Origin: Octopus bimaculoides
Taxonomy: Eukaryota
DNA: 48,640 nucleotides
Direction: 5' to 3'
NCBI RefSeq assembly: GCF_001194135.2
Contig: NC_068984.1
Coordinates: forward strand, 125,351,123-125,399,762
The position numbers and the translations under genes are program-made. Under the pieces are notes generated by a model that was given only the letters and a program-made list of their open reading frames with translations, searched no databases and had not been told where the DNA came from. This document shows, in pieces, positions 12,198 to 22,772 of this stretch (the stretch's first letter is position 1; every line of letters starts with the position of its first letter).

Positions 12198-12941
12198 TAA
12201 GGTGTGTTATGAGCATTTATAGAAAACACAGTCCTATATAAACTCAACAAACAATTAAAGATGAAGAAGAGAAGATGTTAAAAGTTTTAATCGATGCATT
12301 CGATCGTTTCAAATGGTAACACCAGTATGTAAGAAACATGAATGAAATTAAATTAATTATAATTAATTTAATTATATATTACCATTCTCGTCAGTGCAAA
12401 AAAATGAAGGAAACATAAGAAAAGTCATAACAGAAGAAGAAATATATTGTTACAGGACATTGAGTCTGTGTCGGATAACTCATTCAGATACTAATAAAAA
12501 AACAGAATGTGAAAGATGAAATATAAAATATAAAAACATGGTTACGTAGTGTTGAGTCTAGTTGTGTAAGAACTAAAACAGTTTTAGTCCTTACACAACT
12601 AGACTCATAACCTTGTTTTTATATTTTACATTCCATCTTTCATATTCTTTTTTTATTGGATTCAATGCAGTGTTCTGTAACAATATATTTCTTCTTCTCT
12701 TACAATTTTTCTTATGTTTCCTTCATTTTTTGCACTGATGAGAATGGTAATATATAATTTAATTAATTATAATTAATTTAATCTCTTCTCTGTTCTTTAC
12801 ATGTTGGTGTTACCATTTGAAACGATCGTATGCATTAATTAAAATGTTATCAAACTTTTAACATCTCTTCTCTTCTCCATTTTTAATTGTTTGTTGAGTT
12901 TATATAAGACTGTGTGCTATAAATGCTCATAATACACCTTG
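12198..12941. mobile_element. Fully palindromic foldback/MITE (about 744 bp) with Tc1/mariner-type ends
   Basis: Arms 12198-12579 and 12581-12941 are reverse complements along their whole length (roughly 85% by eye, with indels). The centre is aactaaaac-a-gttttagt. Ends read TA-(t/c)AAGGTGT and are flanked by TA. Confidence 0.78.
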
Positions 12942-13129
12942 TACTTGTATAATTATCATATTTTTAATAAAATACTTGCAAAAGCAAGCTACAAATTTAA
13001 TATGAAGAATCTTTATTAGAAATCTAACTTTGGACCCCACAAAGTAAAACTGTTCTAATTGAACTCAACCTTTCTCATATATATACACACATACGCACAC
13101 GCACGCACGCACACACGCACACGCACACG

Positions 13130-13164
<35 letters not shown>

Positions 13165-13507
13165 CCATGCTGGACAGTTTTGTTTAGAATCTAAACAAAC
13201 TGTCCGACGAACGGGAACATGAAATTCTGAGTAACAGTTTTTGCGATATATTTGCTGCTTTTTAATAAAGCGTATTGCTCTACTTCTGGTATTCGAGTAC
13301 TATTTTTTTCCACCGTGTTTCGCATTTATGTGCTTACTCTGGTATATATATATGTATATATACATATATATATATATGTGTGTATGTGTGTGTGTGTGTG
13401 TATGTGTGTGTATACATATATATATATACATGTGTATATATATATATATATGTATATACTTATACATGTAACATATAAATATATACATACATACACACAC
13501 ATATACA

Positions 13508-13554
<47 letters not shown>

Positions 13555-13559
13555 ATGTA

Positions 13560-13602
<43 letters not shown>

Positions 13603-14326
13603 TAAACCGTTGACTAATATTTCCCTTGGTTATTAAGCCGACACTACCCTGTGTTTCCCGCTTGCCGCCCGTGCCCCTCTCTCATCAGTCTTTATCTGAT
13701 TAGCCATATTTTTTTCTTCATTTTTCATTCATACATATTCCTAGCATTTATCTATTCATTGCTTTCCTGTCTACATCAGACAGTCTGCATCTCCACTGGA
13801 ATCGTTACCCTCCCCCACTTACCCCCACATGTTCCACCTACATTTTCTCCACCCACTCCTTATCCTCGCCTCCCACCACCTCCGAAACCACCACTACTAC
13901 TACCACCACCACCACCACTACTACCATTACCATCACCATCATCATCAGCATCATCATAATCGTCATCATGTTTACCTCCACCAACGCCTCCAGCATCAGC
14001 AACAACAATAGCAACAACAACAGTAAAAATATTAATTATAGACTCCAGTCGTAATCAACGCCATGATGGAGGGATGAAAATGTTGGTATAACTTTCTCAA
14101 TCTCTCTTTGTTTCTCTCTCCTTCCCTCCTTCTCTCTCTCTCTCTCTCTATCTCTCTCTCCCTCTCTTGCTCTGTCTCATTCTCTTTCTACATATGTATG
14201 TACATACGTATGAGTATATATACATACATATATATGCATATTTATATGTATGTATATATGTACATATATATATATGTATATATACATATGTATATGTATG
14301 TATATATGTATGCATGCATGTGTATG

Positions 14327-14363
<37 letters not shown>

Positions 14364-15041
14364 ATATATATNNNNNNNNNNNNNNNNNNNNNNNNNNNNN
14401 NNNNNNNNNNNNNNNNNNNNNNNNNNNNNNNNNNNNNNNNNNNNNNNNNNNNNNNNNNNNNNNNNNNNNNNNNNNNNNNNNNNNNNNNNNNNNNNNNNNN
14501 NNNNNNNNNNNNNNNNNNNNNNNNNNNNNNNNNNNNNNNNNNNNNNNNNNNNNNNNNNNNNNNNNNNNNNNNNNNNNNNNNNNNNNNNNNNNNNNNNNNN
14601 NNNNNNNNNNNNNNNNNNNNNNNNNNNNNNNNNNNNNNNNNNNNNNNNNNNNNNNNNNNNNNNNNNNNNNNNNNNNNNNNNNNNNNNNNNNNNNNNNNNN
14701 NNNNNNNNNNNNNNNNNNNNNNNNNNNNNNNNNNNNNNNNNNNNNNNNNNNNNNNNNNNNNNNNNNNNNNNNNNNNNNNNNNNNNNNNNNNNNNNNNNNN
14801 NNNNNNNNNNNNNNNNNNNNNNNNNNNNNNNNNNNNNNNNNNNNNNNNNNNNNNNNNNNNNNNNNNNNNNNNNNNNNNNNNNNNNNNNNNNNNNNNNNNN
14901 NNNNNNNNNNNNNNNNNNNNNNNNNNNNNNNNNNNNNNNNNNNNNNNNNNNNNNNNNNNNNNNNNNNNNNNNNNNNNNNNNNNNNNNNNNNNNNNNNNNN
15001 NNNNNNNNNNNNNNNNNNNNNNNNNNNNNNNNNNNNNNNNN

Positions 15042-15090
<49 letters not shown>

Positions 15091-15493
15091 CATTTAAACA
15101 CACACACACACAAATCAACAAATAAATCCACCATATGAATGAATATATAACTATCATGTACATCCTACTTGCACAGTATTTACTTGTTATATACATTCAC
15201 TCATGTAGTGTATATATACACACATCCTAATAAGTGTGTGTATGTATGCGTATATACATTATACACCGATCATATATACTACACGGCGTTCCTAAAAAAA
15301 TTGACGAGTGCGAGTCCCAGTTCGTTATCTCTGTCTATACGCATACTTACAGATTGAGGCTAGATTATTATCTCCTGTAGATAATCTACGTCACTACGTC
15401 ACGCCATCTAGCGACAATTTGGCACGTGTGTCTGTTTTTCTGCTCTGCTGAGCGTTTGTCGATGAGTGCGTGTATCTGTTTGTGTGTTTGTGT

Positions 15494-15532
<39 letters not shown>

Positions 15533-16233
15533 TGTGTCTGAGAGAGAGTCGGTGTATATGTTTGAAGGTGTGTGTGTGTGTGAGAGAGAGAAAGAGAGTC
15601 GTGTGTGTGTGTGTGTGTGTNNNNNNNNNNNNNNNNNNNNNNNNNNNNNNNNNNNNNNNNNNNNNNNNNNNNNNNNNNNNNNNNNNNNNNNNNNNNNNNN
15701 NNNNNNNNNNNNNNNNNNNNNNNNNNNNNNNNNNNNNNNNNNNNNNNNNNNNNNNNNNNNNNNNNNNNNNNNNNNNNNNNNNNNNNNNNNNNNNNNNNNN
15801 NNNNNNNNNNNNNNNNNNNNNNNNNNNNNNNNNNNNNNNNNNNNNNNNNNNNNNNNNNNNNNNNNNNNNNNNNNNNNNNNNNNNNNNNNNNNNNNNNNNN
15901 NNNNNNNNNNNNNNNNNNNNNNNNNNNNNNNNNNNNNNNNNNNNNNNNNNNNNNNNNNNNNNNNNNNNNNNNNNNNNNNNNNNNNNNNNNNNNNNNNNNN
16001 NNNNNNNNNNNNNNNNNNNNNNNNNNNNNNNNNNNNNNNNNNNNNNNNNNNNNNNNNNNNNNNNNNNNNNNNNNNNNNNNNNNNNNNNNNNNNNNNNNNN
16101 NNNNNNNNNNNNNNNNNNNNNNNNNNNNNNNNNNNNNNNNNNNNNNNNNNNNNNNNNNNNNNNNNNNNNNNNNNNNNNNNNNNNNNNNNNNNNNNNNNNN
16201 NNNNNNNNNNNNNNNNNNNNNNNNNNNNNNNNN

Positions 16234-16289
<56 letters not shown>

Positions 16290-17208
16290 ATGCATGAGTG
16301 AATGCGTATGTCTATGTGTGTGTTTGTGTGTGCGTGCGTGTGTGTATGTTCGTGTGAACAATAGAAAACGGTGGAAGAGACAGAGAGGGAGAGAGAGAGA
16401 GAGTAGAAAGGGTGAAGAGAGTGAGTGAGAGGAAGGGAGTTATAATTAAACGGACGCAGGATGTTTAAACGTTTTATAATTTCGCTTTGTAATGACGAAG
16501 TCTCGGTTTCCATCTCACTACGTGGTATCTTAAACAAATATCTTTTACCATGGCTTCGATGCCCCAAGCCTTGTGGTGGAAATTGTGTGTACGCAAAACC
16601 TGTACAGAAGCCTGCAGGGTGGATTTTACCTGTCATTTCATGCATCTAACATTACATAAGTAATGCTTCTGGTGTTCAAGAATTATGTTAGGATTAGTAC
16701 AAGCGTCTGTGAAATATTCAGATACATGCTCGCAAATTTACCGAGTAGTTTATGGATGGAACTACTAAATTCTCATTGTCGAAAACCCGCTGTGTGAAAA
16801 ATACATAGATAAATATATAGGCACATACATTTGTACGTAATTATGGATCATATATACACATATACATTCGTATATACATATATACATTCATATATACATA
16901 TATATAAATAAAAGATCGTGGGCAAGGCAAGAACAATGCGAAGTAGAAGCAAGGGAAATCACAAGAAAACAAATATATGAATTAATGTTGACGTACCTTG
17001 CATTCAATACTTCGGGGTTATGACCCCATCATCAAGAAATTAACGAATGTTGCAGATGTGCGTGCGTGTGTGAGTGTGTGTGGAGTGGACATTAATTCAT
17101 ATATTTGCTTTCTTGTGATTTACCTTGCTTTTAGCTCGCATTGTTCTGGTCTTACCCACGATCCTTTATACAATATATTCTACACAATGCTTCATAGTAA
17201 CTATTCCG

Positions 17209-17252
<44 letters not shown>

Positions 17253-17433
17253 GGGCAAAAGAAAAATAAATTCTATGCCGATATGGATAGACCTTAAATC
17301 GTCTAACCACATAGACGATTTAAGGTCTATTTTTCAAGATATCGGCATAGAAAAAAACTTTTTTTGCCCTTATTTATAATTGTTTGTAATTTTCACCTTA
17401 AAAGGTATTTTAATACGTTAGCCACTGACAAAG

Positions 17434-17571
17434 TGAATATCCCCTAGAACTACGTTAAGGGTACAAGTGTCTGTGGAGTGCTCAGTCACTTGCACGTTAA
17501 TTTCACGAGCAGGCTGTTTCGTTGATCGGATCAACAGGAACCCTCGTCGTCGTAACCGACGGAGTGCCAAC
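17434..17571 (+). mobile_element. 5'-truncated copy of the tRNA-derived SINE at 19395-19776
   Basis: Near-identical to 19638-19772 (tgaatatcccc..gaactacgttaagggtaca...gacggagtgccaac). Confidence 0.88.
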
Positions 17572-19228
17572 TACTATGTAGAAGTGTACGTAAGCTTGTG
17601 TGAAGTTTTTACTAGTTTACATCTTTGAGACACTAAAATGTTTGTGTTTAATACACAAAAAGCTCACCAAAACTGTTTTCCTTCAACTGCATTAAATATT
17701 CATAATCTGCATCACTACATCCTCTTTATTTCTCTCTATTGCTCTCGCTCGTTTTTGCCAACCGAGTAGAATATACTTCACCGACGAGGTGTAATAACAC
17801 GGGAACATGTTCCTGAATTTCATCAGTTAGTTTCAAAGGATGTATTTATTCGAAACTGCATTGTCTTATATTGTCCAAACATTTCAACCAACTTATCTTT
17901 TTGCCGTTATCGCGTTCGTTTATTGTTTTAGAATTTAAACATAACAAGAAGGAGTTTTTATCTACTAATTGCTTTGAAAATCTCACTTGATTGATGTTTT
18001 TGTATACCCTGTGTTTCAAACGGGAGACCCTACCTTATATCTATTTAGTATCCAGCATGATCCCTAGAGATATTTCCCTCAACTACATTGTTGATAATTT
18101 GGCAACTATTGCTTGTTTTTTCTAAGGTACGTTATTCTATTTGTTTGAAGTTGCCCTCTTTGATTGTTCATGAGTGTTTGCGTGGACGTTTGAGTACGTA
18201 TATGTGTGTTAAGTTAGTAATATCTATGTATGAGCATGTGTCTTTGTATATATAATGATACGTGTATGTTTGTGTTTATAGGTAGATATGTAGTTGCTAT
18301 ATTATCGTATATCCATATGTGCACGCGTTGCATGCATGCACCCCTTTGCGGATATGTGTATGCAAAGACAGTTAACATACTTTCATACAAGATCCAATTA
18401 TCGTGTCTCAATTTTTCAACACATCTTTATCCTTTCCATCTATTTGGAAGCTAAATATACAACTACAGCACCACCTATGTTCTAATAAAGTATATTTAAT
18501 TGTTGTGTTGTTTGAGCCCATTTTATATTTTCATACTGACATCGGAATGTTTTTATTTAGTCTCAAGAGTTTCCTAAACGGTAGCATGTATTGCTCTGTG
18601 TGTGTGTGTAAGAAAATATGATCATTAGCTTACAGCTGTTTCTGCTATATGATGCAGTGGACTCATAGTTGAGTGCTTGAGCATATATAGACAACAGCCC
18701 TCGGGTGGTGATACACACACACATACACACACATACACATACACACACATAAGTAAATATATATCTTTTTTTACAGTCGGTATTTCGATACAAACATAGT
18801 CACAAGCATCGATGCAGACACAAACAAAAGCGCATGCGCACGGACACAATCACAGACAGATAGACAGATAGACAGACGCGTGCACACACGTATATTCCCC
18901 CCCCCCCATATGTGTGTCACACTGGTTTAGAATTAGAAAAGGACTAATGCCAATCGTAACTAAAGGAAATCTCGACCTCTTCAAATTAGTCATTACTCAA
19001 CGATTTCCTGAGTTCTTTCTAGCTTTTGTAATGCCTTGCTAACTGTCGTTTGTCAGGTTATATATTTTGTCGTATTAAAATAGGACTTGTGATATTATTT
19101 ACGAAAAGTTAATATTATTTGTAAAAAATAGAATATGATGAAATTTCTTCCGCTTAAAATCGTTAGCAAATTAAACCGAATACAATTTTAACAGTTATTA
19201 AAATATTTTGTTTCTTTTTTGATTTTAG

Positions 19229-19351
19229 AACCAACGAAGAAATGGTCTTTCCTGTGCCAATTGTCAGACAAGAACTACTACACTTTGGCGTAGAAATGCA
19301 GAAGGAGACCCAGTCTGTAATGCATGTGGTCTATACTATAAACTGCACCAG
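19229..19351 (+). CDS. GATA456: GATA exon encoding the C-terminal GATA zinc finger
   Basis: ttttag|AAC acceptor and CAG|gtatgt donor; 123 nt = [41 protein letters not shown], a canonical C-X2-C-X17-C-X2-C finger. Missed by the ORF track. Confidence 0.97.
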
Positions 19352-19363
19352 GTATGTTTACGT

Positions 19364-19394
<31 letters not shown>

Positions 19395-19776
19395 TGGAGG
19401 CGCAATGGCCCAGTGGTTAGGGCAGCGAACTCGCAGTCATAGGATTGCGGTTTCGATTCCTAGACCGGGCGTTGTGAGTGTTTATTGAGCGAAAACACCT
19501 AAAGCGCCACGAGGCTCCGGCAGGGGATGGTGGTGAACCCTGCTGTACTCTTCCACCACAACTTTCTCTCACTCTTACTTCCTGTTTCTGTTGTGCCTAT
19601 AATTCAAAGGGTCAGCCTTGTCACACTGTGTCACGCTGAATATCCCCGAGAACTACGTTAAGGGTACACTTGTCTGTGGAGTGCTCAGCCACTTGCACGT
19701 TAATTTCACGTGCAGGCTGTTCCGTTGATCGGATCAACTGGAACCCTCGTCGTCGTAAGCGACGGAGTGCCAACAA
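19395..19776 (+). mobile_element. Full-length tRNA-derived SINE
   Basis: tRNA-like head with A-box (tggcccagtggttagg) and B-box (ggtttcgattcc), an unrelated body, two 3' hairpins and a caacaa tail. It sits within a (GT)n tract. Confidence 0.9.
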
Positions 19777-20950
19777 TAAGTGTGTGTGATGAATAGAATG
19801 ATGGAATTTTATCCATCAGCAATAGAAGTTAACTAAACACTGTTCCGCCCAAATACATCCCACTGATCATAGAGTAGTCTGCATTCGGTAACATATATTT
19901 TCTAACCATATACATGGGCTACTGCTAAAAGTTAATTTTTTTTTTACCGAAAAAACAGTAGAGAATAAATGACAGAAATCAAACAATTAGATATGATGCC
20001 TCTATTATCTACAAATGAGAATGGATTTCTGTAGTGAAGCTAAAAATAATTTGTATTTATAAAAAGTGTTTAAAATCTATACCAGCAATACATCATCATT
20101 CGGTAAGATTCCACCAACAATATGACACTTATTCGAGGATGAAGGGAATTGGTTTTTTACCCTTTTGGTACCAATCCACCCAAGACTGTTCCTGGTTCTG
20201 TGATACAAACTTCGTGTTTTAAAATGATTTAAATTAGAGCTTACCAACGAAATTTTCTTTGTTTTAATTAATTCTTCATTATTGTCAAAATTAATTCAAA
20301 TAACGGCTGCATATTTCAACAGAAATAAGATAACAAAACGATTGCCTATATGTATAAAATACTTTCTGTAGCTTTTATTGTATTGTTGTCGAGATAAAAA
20401 GATATAAGCATTAAACATTTCAGCAATTGTGTGTAATTTTACATAATGATTTGGCTCTCGCGAGATTCTCATCCACTTTATAGTATTACTATCGTTCCAT
20501 TGGTTGACTTCATTCTTTGGCACGAGACTACTAATATTGATCTTGGTTGGAATGAAATAAAGAGATTGTGCCCGTGGAGATAGAATAATGAAATCTAATT
20601 TTACAAATTGATTTCGTCTCTTCTTTTTCAAATACAATTTATCATATCACCTGATGCAGACATCTACTTCAGAGACACAGTCCACCAATAACCAGATAGA
20701 CTTCTCAGTCTACGAAGGACATTCTGCCAATATAAAAGAACTTACAATATCCTAAACGTTATTAGAGCATGATGTCACCATTAATACAATGCATGATGTA
20801 CGTGCATAAACTATATGAACTGAGGTTTATCAATCAAGTTAGAAGAAATTTTAAACTATCAATTATATCATTGTAGAAATATTCTTTTTTTGTTGTTGTT
20901 TTTTTTTTTGGTTTTTTTTTACATAAGTGATTCTTCTCTTGTTAATTCAG

Positions 20951-21077
20951 GTGAATCGTCCGATGTCTATGAAGAAAGAAGGCATTCAAACTAGAAAGCG
21001 AAAAGAGAAAAAGAACACCAAAGTTCGCTCCTCAAGTAAAGACATGCTTAACGATACCAGCAATACATCATCATTCG
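20951..21077 (+). CDS. GATA456: GATA exon encoding the basic tail/NLS after the C-finger
   Basis: ttcag|GTG acceptor and TTCG|gtaaga donor; VNRPMSMKKEGIQTRKRKEKKNTKVRSSSKDMLNDTSNTSSF. The KLHQ|VNRP intron position is typical of GATA genes. Confidence 0.95.
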
Positions 21078-21109
21078 GTAAGATTCCACTAACAATATGA
21101 TAGTATGTG

Positions 21110-21158
<49 letters not shown>

Positions 21159-22011
21159 GTGTGTATGTGCATGTGTGTGTGTTCGCGCGCGCGTGGGTGC
21201 GTGCGTGTGTATGTATTTATATGTATGTAACTAGAGACATGGCCAACCCGCGCTATTTGTTCCAGAACTCTTTCCTTAAGCAACTTTACTTAACTCTGAC
21301 ATGTTTATGTTATTATATACATCACACATCTATCCTTGTTTATCACTGATTCACTCATCGCTGATCCTGGATACCACTCTACGCTTAATTGTGAATCGTG
21401 TTGCGCTTATCATGGAATGATCTGTGATATCAGGAATCAGTGACCAGTCAAAGATTTTTCTTGAACCGTAAAAGCGCGCCTTAGTCGACCTTTCAAAATG
21501 CTTAGGATAACTTAAGGTCTCAGAAGGTAACCTAATTTCACCCCCCCCCCATATGTTTTATTAATCATTCATTTCTGATTCATTTAACACGATGATTTTT
21601 GGAACCATAAACCCGTGATAAACGAGGATAACCGTATATTACGGAACCACTACGTATTTGAGACGTCATAGAAATCCTGCTTTTACATAATGACTAAAAT
21701 GGAGATATAGTGGAATGGTCTTTCAGTTATTTTCTCCAAACATTAGAGAATCTCTGGTCATCAGTGCAAGGATTAATGAACCATCTGATAATTACACTGA
21801 ATTCTGGTTATTGCAATTAACAACCATGGCGATAACATAAAGCAGTATCAGAATGCAGGTAAAATTTTTTGAACTTTTATTCAGAAACTAAACACTTTAT
21901 CAGAGGGTCCAACACTGTATACACAAAAAATGGTTTAACGATAAGAAGCCCTTTTTAATTCTATCCTCGTATCTCCCATTTTATATAACTTTTTATTTAT
22001 TTATTTTCCAG

Positions 22012-22331
22012 AATCTAAGACCTCAAGCAGTAGTATTTCAAGATGCTCCGTTCAGAACCCGACTGTGCTAGCAGCCTTACAGGGGAACCACCAAAATAGT
22101 TCCCCCATGCATCATTCCTTCATACACCAATCACCAACCAACTCTGCTAATATAATCACTAATAACAGTACGATTCAAAGTCTGCGAAGCAATCAGGAGT
22201 TCGTTTACCCGCTGCTATCACCCCAGCGCCATCAACAGTCTCCATTATCATCAGCACAGCAACATCAGCAGCAGCAGCAACAACAACAACAGCAGCAACA
22301 ACACTCCCCGCAGGAACAGCAGCGGCAACAA

Positions 22332-22366
<35 letters not shown>

Positions 22367-22772
22367 AGGACAGCACCACACTCTTAGTTCGAACCATCCA
22401 CAGCGCCAACAACAGCAACATCATCAACAACAACAGCAACAGCAGCCACCGCAACAACAACAACAACAACAACAGCACCACCATCAGCATCACCACCAAC
22501 AGCAGCAACATCATCAACAGCAGCAACAACAGCAACAGCAGCAGCAACAATCACAGCACATAATGCTTGATTCTTTGATTTATAATCCAGCTCCCCCAAG
22601 AGCTATACCCGTGCACAGCGATAATGCAGCGGTAGGGACATCATCAGGTGGACTGCATGATATATCCCGTCATTCTAATGCTACAATATTACAACCATTT
22701 GATATGATGCAGCTAAAATCAATGAACATCAGAATTTACCAAGAAGACAAAAAAGATTCTCCAAGACAGTAG
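22012..22772 (+). CDS. GATA456: GATA terminal exon encoding a polyQ/His-rich C-terminal region
   Basis: ttttccag|AATCT acceptor in phase 1, in frame with ORF 22065..22772 and ending at TAG; mixed CAG/CAA runs. Confidence 0.88.

Larger units (their letters stand above)
6197..22772 (+). other. GATA456: Gene model (5'-partial): GATA4/5/6-class zinc-finger transcription factor; coding exons 6197-6405, 19229-19351, 20951-21077, 22012-22772
   Basis: All four exons have AG acceptors and GT donors with matching phases (1/0, 0/0, 0/1, 1/stop). The C-finger GLSCANC...RNAEG...TRKRK has GATA4/5/6-type residues (GATA1/2/3 typically have TRNRK). The first coding exon(s) were not found in the window. Confidence 0.9.

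Noticed and set aside
8559-16645. Long 200-420 aa ORFs in the track (also at 24372-25526, 28068-28920 and 45421-46488)
   Set aside because: They run through N gaps and dinucleotide repeats. Only the parts overlapping GPCR exon 3 and the mariner are real.
19395-19470. Possible tRNA gene
   Set aside because: The A and B boxes continue directly into a SINE body whose tail is repeated at 17434, so this is a SINE head and not a tRNA locus.
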